The notes under the pieces were generated by a model, which saw only the letters and a list, made by a program, of their open reading frames with translations, had not been told where the DNA came from and ran no database searches. Below are positions 9,622 through 18,755 of a stretch of 64,000 nucleotides of DNA, one piece after another. The translations under genes and the position numbers were made by a program. This DNA comes from Flavobacteriales bacterium (GTDB taxonomy: Bacteria > Bacteroidota > Bacteroidia > CAIKAF01). The DNA lies in the NCBI GenBank assembly GCA_025451235.1, contig JANWKT010000020.1, positions 48,032 through 112,031 of the forward strand, given 5' to 3'. Each line of letters starts with the position of its first letter. The first letter of the stretch is position 1.

Positions 9622-11835
9622 TTAATCCACCACGATATAGATCTGGTTGTTATGAACGAATTGAACGTTTCTGGCCTTGGTTAAATATTCCTTGGCGGTT
9701 TTATCGGTATTCACCAGGTTAAAATACTCATCGCTGGCAAATTTTATTTCTTTTTTCTTCAGATTGGAATTCGTCATTACATCTGCATCGATCATCTGGT
9801 TGTTCTGATAATACATGGCCCTACCATTGGCAATGGTATTATAGTTGACTATATCCATTGCTTTATCTGATTCTGATCCTTCATTCACTTTCATCCGCTT
9901 ATTTCCGGCTTTTGTATCAGAATAATTAGCAGCTCCATTGAGTTGCTGCACCTCTTCACTCTGGGTCATGGATATTTTTCCGTTGTCTTTTTGCAGATCA
10001 TCATATTCTTTCTCCATATTCATCGAACCCTGTCCAAGTGCCCCGTCGTTGAAAATAGTGAACCCGTTTCTGTCAACGTTACTCACTTTTTCATCCTCTA
10101 ATATGAGGTAACTTGTATAAGGAGTAATAATTCCATACCTGCGAGCCAACGTAACAATTTCGTCCTTGATCTCCTCGTTCTCGCCGGTAAGCCTGATCTG
10201 ATCCAACAGATCTCCAACCCTTCTGGATGCCCAAATAGATGGAACAAATTCATTGCTCATGGCTTCCTCTTTCCAGGCTACATCATATTCAAATTTCTGC
10301 ACTATCCCGTTCAGCTTGCCCTCAACAATTAATGTTGAGTTTCCAGGATTACGGAAACGACCACTGATGGTTAATGAGCTTCCATAAAAAATATCCGGAC
10401 AGTTCTTAGGAAAGATTTGATACTCATTAGGAGCATCTGCAAAATATATTTTCACATCCGTAAGTACAGGGGCAGATATCTTCGAGAAGAAATTGGTAAC
10501 GGTAGAACTAATATCATCCCCTTCCGAAACATAAGCCCTGAGGCCTCTTCCATCTGCTGCAATTTTATCCAACAATTTAATATTGAGGTCCTCCCCTATT
10601 CCAAAAGTAAAAATACGATGGCTCTTCGAATTGGCATCTGTTATTTTTTTCATGAGTTTTCCTTCATCGTATTCGCCAATGGTCGGTTTTCCGTCAGTAA
10701 TAAAAATAATATTCGAAGGGCGCAAAGGGTCGACCTTCTCTGTAAATGCCAGCCTGAATGCATCATCCATATTGGTCCCACCCAAGGCTTCTATCTTATC
10801 GATAAAAGCAAACGCTTTTTTCTTGTTGATTTCATCTGCGATCATTCTTTTTCCAAAAAGCTGATAAGCTTCCGTACCAAAAGTGATCACTTCAAACTTA
10901 TCCCCAGGATTTAGGATCTCCACACACTTAGTAAGGGTATTTCGGGCCTGAATGATCTTATCACCTCTCATGCTTCCGCTGATATCCATAATAAATGTCA
11001 CATCCTTGTTCACAATTTTATTCTGCTCAATAAACCCTGGACTAATATCCGCGATAAAAAATCCGTCCTCATTTTGTTCCTTGAACTGGAACATTGACAT
11101 TCCAAGTAAAGTAGAAGAAGTGGAGTAATACAGTTTGAATTGTGAAGGCATCGCATCGTTTCCTAATTCCATGGAAGCCTTGGCTTTGAAGTCGGAAGAA
11201 TGGACCACATCCACCAAATGAGTAGGCGAATACACATTCTTGATCTTTTCATTGGATTTGATATCCACATTCAATACTACCTCATCAATAGGTTTTGAAT
11301 TATACTTCAATGCATTCAATGGATAGGAATATTCGTAAGTACCGTTATCAATTGGCATATGATGTGCAAATACCAGTTTGATCTCTTTGGTTGATTTGGG
11401 CTCAATGGGAAATATCCTCATTCTTAACATCCCCTGATCTGAAAATTCAAGCAAAGCAGGGTCCTTCATCTGGCGAACAATATCTTCATAGACCTGTCTT
11501 GCCTTTAAAGCATCCAACATTTCCGCTTTTACCATTTGCCCATTCATTTCCATTCTAAATTCTTTGATGATAGCATTTTTGGGTAAGGGGAAAAAATAAT
11601 CCCCTTCCATTCGTTGTGAAGTACTGTTCTCGAATGTTTGTTCAACGGTGGTGATGGCTATTGGTCCGTCCATTTGAACGTCTATCCTTAGTTTTTTACA
11701 GTGTAGGGTATAATCCTGCACCCGCTGGGTCTGTATATTGGCCATAGCTGCATTGGTGATGATAAAACCACCCGCGAAACTGAACAGGCAACTGCAGCAG
11801 ATGGCTGCCATTACCAAAAATATTTTTTTGTTCAT
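9622..11835 (-). CDS. Secreted VIT-domain + vWA-domain protein
   Basis: Signal peptide. The N-terminal region resembles a vault/inter-alpha-trypsin (VIT) domain. MIDAS motif DISGSM with downstream T..G and ITDG motifs. Confidence 0.8.
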   Translation of the reverse strand: MNKKIFLVMAAICCSCLFSFAGGFIITNAAMANIQTQRVQDYTLHCKKLRIDVQMDGPIAITTVEQTFENSTSQRMEGDYFFPLPKNAIIKEFRMEMNGQMVKAEMLDALKARQVYEDIVRQMKDPALLEFSDQGMLRMRIFPIEPKSTKEIKLVFAHHMPIDNGTYEYSYPLNALKYNSKPIDEVVLNVDIKSNEKIKNVYSPTHLVDVVHSSDFKAKASMELGNDAMPSQFKLYYSTSSTLLGMSMFQFKEQNEDGFFIADISPGFIEQNKIVNKDVTFIMDISGSMRGDKIIQARNTLTKCVEILNPGDKFEVITFGTEAYQLFGKRMIADEINKKKAFAFIDKIEALGGTNMDDAFRLAFTEKVDPLRPSNIIFITDGKPTIGEYDEGKLMKKITDANSKSHRIFTFGIGEDLNIKLLDKIAADGRGLRAYVSEGDDISSTVTNFFSKISAPVLTDVKIYFADAPNEYQIFPKNCPDIFYGSSLTISGRFRNPGNSTLIVEGKLNGIVQKFEYDVAWKEEAMSNEFVPSIWASRRVGDLLDQIRLTGENEEIKDEIVTLARRYGIITPYTSYLILEDEKVSNVDRNGFTIFNDGALGQGSMNMEKEYDDLQKDNGKISMTQSEEVQQLNGAANYSDTKAGNKRMKVNEGSESDKAMDIVNYNTIANGRAMYYQNNQMIDADVMTNSNLKKKEIKFASDEYFNLVNTDKTAKEYLTKARNVQFVHNNQIYIVVD

Positions 11836-11843
11836 ATTACCTA

Positions 11844-13016
11844 TTATTTAAAGGTATAGTTCTTTTTCTCAGCTACCGACTTTACACTTTCAATCACCGC
11901 CTGATCCAAAGAGTTGGCTTCTCCTTTTTCTTTCATTTTTTCGTCAATAAATGCCTGACGTTGTACGTTGATCAAATTGATCTCATTCTTGATGGTGTCT
12001 CTTTTGGCAGACTGATCTGATACATATTTTACTTTTTGGTCATCATCCATATCCTTCATCGCTTCTGGCAATTCCTCTTTTTTAAGCTTTTTTATGTCCA
12101 CTTTATTTTCTTTTTGGGCATCTACCAGGTCCCAACTACCATTATAGTATCCACTACCCGCTTTGGCTACCGCTCTGTCAGCAATATTGGCTTTAGAATA
12201 GGATTCAGCATTTTTATCCTGGTTGGTTTGATTGGTTGCTGCCAAAGTCCCTTCAGCTCCATAAAATATATAAGTGGAATTCAGTTCATTGTTCAGCCTG
12301 ATCAAGGTTGAATCAAAAGGAGTTTCAATATAAACGGTGGCTTCATTCATATTAATACTTATAAATGATCCATCAGCCAACAAAGCTCCATCTTTCCATC
12401 CGGAATTAGCTCCATCCGATTCGTTGCCACAGTAAATAGTATTGATAATGATCCCTTTTTTAATGGCATCCCTGCAAGCTTTTTGGTAATCTATTGATCC
12501 TTGATTGAAGGGTTCGTTTCCAGCAATATAAACCAGCTTCAGGTCTTCATTCGATTCGGTCCAAGCCAAATTCAAAGTGGCATCCTGAATAACTGCACCG
12601 CAATATTCACTGCCGCCGTTGGTGGATAATTTAAAAAGTTCTTCCGATACCTTGTCAAGATCCGTTGTAAATGGAAGTACCTGTTGAATATAATTGCTTT
12701 GGGAAGATAATCCATCATTTCCATAATGGTACAATGCGATCTCTATGGTTGGTTTTTCGCCATTATATTCAGCTGTGGCCAGTTCATTCACTATTTTCCA
12801 TAATTGCGATTTGGCTTGTTCGATCAGGCCATCCATGCTGCCGCTGGTATCCATTAAAAGTGCTACCTGTATTTTTTGTTTACCATGGACCCATGATGAT
12901 GAAGATCGTTTGATAGCGGTTAACTTATCGGCTGCGGATACGGTTGATCCGGCCAATGCAGAGCTCAAAATACCTATCGATACTAATGCTGTTAATAGAA
13001 TTGCTCGTTTGCTCAT
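11844..13016 (-). CDS. Secreted vWA-domain protein with a charged, coiled-coil-like C-terminus
   Basis: Signal peptide from the internal Met (MSKRAILLTALVSIG…). MIDAS motif DTSGSM. Only 9 bp from the upstream VIT-vWA gene on the same strand. Confidence 0.75.
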   Translation of the reverse strand: MSKRAILLTALVSIGILSSALAGSTVSAADKLTAIKRSSSSWVHGKQKIQVALLMDTSGSMDGLIEQAKSQLWKIVNELATAEYNGEKPTIEIALYHYGNDGLSSQSNYIQQVLPFTTDLDKVSEELFKLSTNGGSEYCGAVIQDATLNLAWTESNEDLKLVYIAGNEPFNQGSIDYQKACRDAIKKGIIINTIYCGNESDGANSGWKDGALLADGSFISINMNEATVYIETPFDSTLIRLNNELNSTYIFYGAEGTLAATNQTNQDKNAESYSKANIADRAVAKAGSGYYNGSWDLVDAQKENKVDIKKLKKEELPEAMKDMDDDQKVKYVSDQSAKRDTIKNEINLINVQRQAFIDEKMKEKGEANSLDQAVIESVKSVAEKKNYTFK

Positions 13017-13135
13017 AATATTTAATTTTTTGTTTTTGAGGAACTCACCACTCATCGTGATTGAATTCATTTTTACCTATTTTTATGTATTGATTACACC
13101 CCAAAAAAAATTAGGTTCATTTTTTCTGAGTTTTT

Positions 13136-13210
13136 TGGCGGCCTGCCTGCTATAGTGCAGGCCTGCGCTCCGGCAGGCAGGCTCCCCGGCTATCCAACAG
13201 GCAAGCCAGG
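13136..13210. repeat. GC-rich nested palindromic element: gcctgcctgc – gcaggcctgc (self-palindrome) – gcaggcaggc
   Basis: Three related decamers at 13141-13150, 13157-13166 and 13174-13183. The outer two are reverse complements, and the middle one is a perfect palindrome made from half of each. It stands out as locally GC-rich in an AT-rich divergent intergenic region. Confidence 0.45.
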
Positions 13211-13275
13211 GGGCTAAAAGAAATCTATCCGTTTCTGAATAAATTTTCGGACTTTTGTGTTTCAATTGATACATA

Positions 13276-13710
13276 GTGAACAGAGCTATCATATATATAG
13301 GTATCCTTCTTACATTTTTAATTACCGGTTGCGGTGCATCAAAAGAACAAAAGCAGAACAGGGAACTGGAAAAACTAGCGCTGGAGGTAATGAACATACA
13401 CGACCGCAGTATGCCCGATCATGGAAAATTGTTCAAGTTAAAAAAGAGTTTGCTCGCCATCTATGAAAGCGTTTCAGACACTCTGGTAAAAAAAGAGATA
13501 TCCTCAACCATTGAAGATATCGATCACGCTGATAGGGGCATGATGGACTGGATGCATCATTATACTGCACCGGCAGATTATCTTCCCTTCGAAGAAAAGA
13601 AAGCCTATTATCTTGAACAGAAAAAAATAATTGAAGATGTAGAAAAGTTGACCACCCAAACCATAGAGAAAGCAAAACAAATCATTGATGCATATCCCTC
13701 AGTAGAATGA
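13276..13710 (+). CDS. Hypothetical lipoprotein with a Met/His-rich patch (DHADRGMMDWMHHY); GTG start
   Basis: Lipobox LITGCG. Its stop overlaps the start of the downstream SCO1 gene by 4 bp. Confidence 0.55.
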   Translation: MNRAIIYIGILLTFLITGCGASKEQKQNRELEKLALEVMNIHDRSMPDHGKLFKLKKSLLAIYESVSDTLVKKEISSTIEDIDHADRGMMDWMHHYTAPADYLPFEEKKAYYLEQKKIIEDVEKLTTQTIEKAKQIIDAYPSVE

Positions 13711-14366
13711 TCCAAAGAATCGCTATTATATTATTTTTACCGATCCTCATGATGAGTTGTGGTAAAAAAAATGTCCAGGAAGCCCATCCAAAAACAAAAA
13801 GTTTACCTTATCTGGGCGAACCAGGTATCACCTCTCATGAGGAAAACGGGAAACTGGTGGCAGATACTATTTATCCTACAATTCCTGAATTTTCGTTTAC
13901 GAACCAGGATGGAAAAATGGTGAACCTAAAGACTTTCGATGGAGGTATCTACGTAGCTGATTTCTTTTTTACGACCTGCCCCACGATTTGCCCAAAAATG
14001 AAAGCGGAACTATTAAGGGTTTATGATGCTTTTAAAAATGAGCCCAGGGTAAAAATATTAAGTCATACCATTGATCCGGAACACGATAGTGTACCCGTGC
14101 TTCGTGAATATGCCAGCCGTTTGCAGGTGAGTAGTGATAAATGGAATTTTGTAACAGGTGACAAGGATTCTATTTATACCATCGCCGAATATTATTTATG
14201 TACTGCCGAAGAAGCTCCGAATGAACCTGGTGGTTATATTCACAGTGGCTCGTTGATATTGATCGATCATGAAAAACATATTCGTGGGATGTACAATGGA
14301 ACCAAACCCGAAGAAGTGGATCAGTTGATAAAAGACATTCCATTATTGTTAGGTGAAATCAAATAG
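13707..14366 (+). CDS. SCO1/SenC family copper chaperone (thioredoxin-like)
   Basis: Lipoprotein signal. The CxxxC motif FFFTTCPTICP is the SCO1 signature. Confidence 0.85.
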   Translation: MIQRIAIILFLPILMMSCGKKNVQEAHPKTKSLPYLGEPGITSHEENGKLVADTIYPTIPEFSFTNQDGKMVNLKTFDGGIYVADFFFTTCPTICPKMKAELLRVYDAFKNEPRVKILSHTIDPEHDSVPVLREYASRLQVSSDKWNFVTGDKDSIYTIAEYYLCTAEEAPNEPGGYIHSGSLILIDHEKHIRGMYNGTKPEEVDQLIKDIPLLLGEIK

Positions 14367-14769
14367 ATCCTATATCATCATTATTGTGGTTTGCCTGCTA
14401 CTTATTGGGCTGGTATTGATCGTTACCCAATCCAAAAAAAAGGATTATCTCACCAGAGGAAAAATGAGTTACGAAAAACATTGTGCCAATTGTCATGGGA
14501 TAAAAGGGGAAGGTTTACAATTATTGATCCCACCATTAACTGATCCCACCTGGACCCAAAACGATTCCATTGCATGCATTATTAAATATGGAATGGAGGG
14601 AAAGATCATGGTCAATGGAAAAGAATATAATAACCGAATGACCGGAAACGCGGTTATTGAAAATGACGAGATTGCGGATTTGGTTAGTTATATCCGAAAA
14701 GAATTTACCCAAATGCCTAAACGAATGACCCTAAAAGTAGCCGGAGAACAAATTTTAAAGTGCAAATAA
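14353..14769 (+). CDS. Membrane-anchored class I c-type cytochrome
   Basis: N-terminal TM anchor. CANCHG haem-binding CxxCH motif. Overlaps the SCO1 stop. Confidence 0.8.
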   Translation: MKSNRSYIIIIVVCLLLIGLVLIVTQSKKKDYLTRGKMSYEKHCANCHGIKGEGLQLLIPPLTDPTWTQNDSIACIIKYGMEGKIMVNGKEYNNRMTGNAVIENDEIADLVSYIRKEFTQMPKRMTLKVAGEQILKCK

Positions 14770-14846
14770 TCAGCATCTTAGCGTATTTATCCCTTTCAAT
14801 GTTAAGCCAATGTTACCAAAATGTAACCTAATTGTAAATTAGTCGT

Positions 14847-14854
14847 TATATTTG
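14847..14854 (+). promoter_or_regulatory. Bacteroidetes-type -7 promoter element TAnnTTTG (TATATTTG)
   Basis: Exact match to the published Bacteroidetes sigma-A -7 consensus, 28 bp upstream of the ATG at 14882. The same motif (TAAATTTG) occurs at 18743-18750 and 26125-26132, upstream of other genes. Confidence 0.35.
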
Positions 14855-14881
14855 CTACATCACCAATAAACAAAGGGAATC

Positions 14882-15274
14882 ATGAAAAGAATCCTCATCC
14901 TGACAACCCTCCTTCTTCCTTTAGCTATTTTTAGCCAAGGAGTCAATAAATTCAGCTATAATGTTGAGGGGCAACTAAGTGCTTCATATATCGGATCGGA
15001 TAATGGCAACTATACCGTTGTTAAATACCATGAAAATGGGGTAAAGGCATCGGTTGGTCATTTTAAGAACGGAGAAAAACATGGAATATGGAAAACATGG
15101 GATTCTAACGGAAAACTAGAAGCCATCGCTCATTATGCAAATGGTGAAAAAACTGGAAAATGGAAAATTGTTGACCAAGCGGATCATACTGTTTTTGAAA
15201 TCAGCTTTAGTCATAACCATATGTTGCATGCCTGGAAAAAAAATGAGCATGGGCACGTGATTGCAAAAAGATAA
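14882..15274 (+). CDS. Secreted MORN_2/YwqK-like repeat protein
   Basis: Signal peptide. G..Y..NG.K..G.WK..D.NGKL…Y.NGEK.GKWK repeats. Confidence 0.55.
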   Translation: MKRILILTTLLLPLAIFSQGVNKFSYNVEGQLSASYIGSDNGNYTVVKYHENGVKASVGHFKNGEKHGIWKTWDSNGKLEAIAHYANGEKTGKWKIVDQADHTVFEISFSHNHMLHAWKKNEHGHVIAKR

Positions 15275-15423
15275 TTACCTTACTCGCAAGAAGGTATGAA
15301 CATCATTCCCCTGGAATGGTGTTTTTTTTTAGCCAAATGATATTCCAGAGGAAAAAGATCATCCAATCTGATAGATAGCATTTTTTATTTCGTACATTTA
15401 TATAGAATCTATTCATCGGTGTT

Positions 15424-16590
15424 ATGAAAAATATACCCGGAGCTCTTAACCTGTCCATCAAAAATTTTTTGTTACTGATTTGTTGTATGCTGAACTCATC
15501 CAGCTCCTTTTCTCAGTTATGCAATGGATCGGGTAACGTAGTGGTTTTTTCTAATTATGATGGTTCTGGTAACACAGCCGCAACTAGATTGAACATCAAT
15601 GTGGATGTAAATATTGCCAACTTAAAAATAGGTATCGCCTCTTATGAAAGAGTTACTGTAAATATTGCAGGTGCATTTGTTGGAAACGTAACCGCTGTCC
15701 GTTGGGCCGGATATGGAGCCACCAATAACCATTGCACTTCTACAGCGGCTACTGTAATTACTGGTGTACCGGCCGGTATTATTACTTATGTAACGAGTCC
15801 TCCGGCTACAGTCAGTGATCCTCTGGGTAATGCTAATATTATTGGAGGCTATTCATGCCCAATGGGAAATGGCGGGGGTTCGGCAAGTATGTATCAAATC
15901 GTGAATTATTTTTTATCGGCATTCGGTCCTGGCAGCACCTTGCGCTCTTCTTTTTCACAATATGGTTGTTGGGCTGGTGCTACAAAAAACTTATCTGCAG
16001 GTGCTTCTGGCAATTGTTGCCCCGCCACTCCGCTGCCTATAGAGCTGGTTTCGTTTACAGAGTCATGCGATCAGAATCGCAGAACACTTAATTGGACCAC
16101 TTCATCAGAAATCAACAATGATTATTTTACGGTGGAAAGATCTGTTGATGCTGTTAACTATGAACCTATGGCTGAAATAAGAGGTGCTGGCAATTCAAAT
16201 ACCCTGATGCATTATGAATGGGTGGATGAATCTCCCCTGCCAGGGATCAATTATTATCGCTTAAGTCAGACTGACAATGATGGAACCACTGAATATTTTG
16301 AACCTATTTCCGCTGGCCCTGAATGTGGTCCAAAGTCATCAGATCTTACCATCATACATAATCCCACTGAATCTGTGCTTAGCTTTCAGGTAAATGGATC
16401 CATGAATGATGAGGTACTCAATATTCATATTTACGACTTAAAAGGAGGTTCTGTATTGAATAAAAAACTTATTTCCATGGAAGGAACCAACATTTTCATG
16501 ATTGATATCGAATCACTCGAAAGAGGTGTCTACTTTTTAAGAGTTGAAAGCGAAACTTATTCGGTACAGAAAAAATTTATTAAGATCTAA
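15424..16590 (+). CDS. Secreted protein with the LPIELV…YYRLSQTD module and T9SS type-A CTD
   Basis: Signal peptide. Shares the ~95-aa module with the genes at 6294 and 7984. Ends …GVYFLRVESETYSVQKKFIKI. Confidence 0.7.
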   Translation: MKNIPGALNLSIKNFLLLICCMLNSSSSFSQLCNGSGNVVVFSNYDGSGNTAATRLNINVDVNIANLKIGIASYERVTVNIAGAFVGNVTAVRWAGYGATNNHCTSTAATVITGVPAGIITYVTSPPATVSDPLGNANIIGGYSCPMGNGGGSASMYQIVNYFLSAFGPGSTLRSSFSQYGCWAGATKNLSAGASGNCCPATPLPIELVSFTESCDQNRRTLNWTTSSEINNDYFTVERSVDAVNYEPMAEIRGAGNSNTLMHYEWVDESPLPGINYYRLSQTDNDGTTEYFEPISAGPECGPKSSDLTIIHNPTESVLSFQVNGSMNDEVLNIHIYDLKGGSVLNKKLISMEGTNIFMIDIESLERGVYFLRVESETYSVQKKFIKI

Positions 16591-16793
16591 AGAGCCGACT
16601 TCCGGTTGGAAAACTCTTTGAGGCAGTCAGGACATAAGCAATCATCAAAATCTTTTTTAATATCCGACAGTTGTTCCGGCAATAATTTAATGCCCAGGCA
16701 CCAACATTCTCCCTCAGGAGTACAGGTAAATTTACGGTGGCACTTTGAACAGGTTTTATTGGGTTTATTCTTCACTGATAGTAATACTAACAT
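16587..16793 (-). CDS. Small cysteine-rich protein (CWC-type)
   Basis: 68 aa with CSKCH…CTPEGECWCLG…CLCPDC. Cys spacing resembles the Cys_rich_CWC family. Weakly supported as a gene. Confidence 0.45.
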   Translation of the reverse strand: MLVLLSVKNKPNKTCSKCHRKFTCTPEGECWCLGIKLLPEQLSDIKKDFDDCLCPDCLKEFSNRKSAL

Positions 16794-17121
16794 GTTCTAA
16801 CGGTCCCCCTAATGGAGCTCCCATTTTTTTTACCGTGGTCGACAATTGAGAAACTCCTTCTACCTCCATTTTGATCCGTTGATGGATCCTCCCAGCCACA
16901 TGCTCTATTAACTTGGATGCAACCTCCATTTCTCCTTTTACAATTCGATAAACATCTTCGTAATTAACGGTTCCTTCTATTTCATCCTTAGCTATACCTC
17001 CAGCCGCAATACACTCAAAACAAATATCTACCACAAACCACCCTCCTTTTTGTCTTTCTTCCTCATACAAACCATGGTGAGCAAAAAATTTCAGTCCAAT
17101 CAGTTCAATCCGGTTGATCAT
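16765..17121 (-). CDS. folB: Dihydroneopterin aldolase
   Basis: IELIGLKFFAHHGLYEEE…GGWFVVDI… matches the FolB pattern. Confidence 0.8.
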   Translation of the reverse strand: MINRIELIGLKFFAHHGLYEEERQKGGWFVVDICFECIAAGGIAKDEIEGTVNYEDVYRIVKGEMEVASKLIEHVAGRIHQRIKMEVEGVSQLSTTVKKMGAPLGGPLEHVSITISEE

Positions 17122-17128
17122 GGTAGGA

Positions 17129-18661
17129 TTAGTTTTTTGAAATAATATCGATACCGTTCTTCATTCTTTTGATCGTTTCTTCCTTTCCTAATATAGCTGC
17201 AATATCAAATACTGCAGGCCCTGTAAGCCCTCCAGTTAGCAATATCCTTACCAATGGCATTACTGCCCCAATCCCGATCTTATTTTCCTCCAGGTATTTC
17301 TTGATGGATGATTCAATCGTTACCGGTTCAAAATTTTCAATGGACTCAATAACCGGGATCAATTGAAGTGCCAATTCTGTCGAACCCTCTTTCCATTTTT
17401 TTTGTATGAGTTCAGTATCAAAACCTGCCGGAGGAACAAAGAAAAATTTGCCTTCGGTATAGATATCCTTTGGATACAAGGCCCGTTCTTTTTGAGCTGC
17501 CACTACTTTTTCAAGCAGCTCATCACTCACCTTCACCCCATCCGCTTCTACGAGTGGCTTGATAATAGCCGCCAGGTTTGCATCGGATTGTAACCTCAAA
17601 TAATGTTGATTGAACCATTTCGCTTTTTCCACATCAAACTTGGCCCCTGACTTCGAAACCCTGTCCAATGAAAATGCTTCGATCAATTCCTCCATGCTGA
17701 ATACTTCTTTATTATCAGCAGGGTGCCAGCCAAGTAAAGCCACCAGATTAACTACGGCCTCTGGGAACCAGCCTGATTCTCTATAACCTGAGGATATTTC
17801 CCCCGAAAAAGGATCTTTCCATTCCAATGGGAAAACCGGGAATCCTAAACGGTCTCCATCTCTTTTGCTTAACTTTCCATTTCCATCAGGTTTCAATATC
17901 AAAGGTAAATGGGCAAATTCAGGCATTACATCTTCCCAACCAAGATACCTGTATAACAATACATGTAAGGGTGCTGATGGCAACCATTCTTCTCCACGGA
18001 TCACGTGGGAAATTTTCATTAAATAATCATCTACCACATTGGCCAGATGGTATGTTGGCATTCCATCTGATTTAAACAATACTTTATCATCCAGGTTGTT
18101 TGAATTAACTACCACAACTCCGCGAATAATATCTGTTAACCTTACTTCTTCATTTCTTGGAATTTTAATTCTTATTACATATGGATCTCCGGCATCCAGC
18201 TTGCGTTTCACCTCATCAGCAGGCAAAGTCATTGAATTCTTCATATTCACCCGGGTGATATTGTTATATTGCCAGGTGGAATTACCAGATACTTTCATTT
18301 TTTCACGAATCTCCTCCAGTTCTTCAGAGGTATCAAAAGCATAATAGGCATATCCTTTTTCGATCAACAGTTCAGCATATTGCCGGTACATTTCTTTTCT
18401 TTCACTTTGGCGATAGGGTTGATCAGGTCCACCCACATGAACTCCTTCATCAAAAGTGATCCCCACCCAGGTGAGTGATTCGACTATATATTCTTCCGCA
18501 CCAGGGTAAAACCTTGTCTGATCTGTGTCCTCAATCCTTAATATGCATTTACCTCCGTGCTTCTTTGCAAACAGGTAATTATACAGTGCTGTCCTTACCC
18601 CTCCTAGATGAAGTGGGCCCGTTGGGCTTGGTGCGAATCTTACTCTTACTTCTTTGTTCAT
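17129..18661 (-). CDS. gltX: Glutamate--tRNA ligase
   Basis: RFAPSPTGPLHLGGVRTALYNYLFAKKHGGKCILRIEDTDQTR is the class I GluRS signature, and a KMSKS-like …LSKR motif is present. Start taken at the internal ATG (MNKEVRV). Confidence 0.9.
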   Translation of the reverse strand: MNKEVRVRFAPSPTGPLHLGGVRTALYNYLFAKKHGGKCILRIEDTDQTRFYPGAEEYIVESLTWVGITFDEGVHVGGPDQPYRQSERKEMYRQYAELLIEKGYAYYAFDTSEELEEIREKMKVSGNSTWQYNNITRVNMKNSMTLPADEVKRKLDAGDPYVIRIKIPRNEEVRLTDIIRGVVVVNSNNLDDKVLFKSDGMPTYHLANVVDDYLMKISHVIRGEEWLPSAPLHVLLYRYLGWEDVMPEFAHLPLILKPDGNGKLSKRDGDRLGFPVFPLEWKDPFSGEISSGYRESGWFPEAVVNLVALLGWHPADNKEVFSMEELIEAFSLDRVSKSGAKFDVEKAKWFNQHYLRLQSDANLAAIIKPLVEADGVKVSDELLEKVVAAQKERALYPKDIYTEGKFFFVPPAGFDTELIQKKWKEGSTELALQLIPVIESIENFEPVTIESSIKKYLEENKIGIGAVMPLVRILLTGGLTGPAVFDIAAILGKEETIKRMKNGIDIISKN

Positions 18662-18755
18662 AATACTATTCTGGAAGCAAAAGTAGGGATTTAAAGGGAA
18701 TAAAATAGGGCAAAAACCATATGAATGAATAGGTAAAAATCGTAAATTTGTAAAT

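Noticed and set aside
3279-13016. Interpreting the three vWA proteins as a BatA-BatE aerotolerance operon
   Set aside because: Bat proteins are membrane-anchored ~330-aa vWA proteins accompanied by a TPR protein (BatC). These are secreted, much larger, and have no TPR partner.
13083-13397. 104-aa minus-strand ORF spanning the GC-rich palindromic element
   Set aside because: It overlaps the start of the lipoprotein gene and is kept open by the palindromic GC-rich DNA. It has no coding signature.
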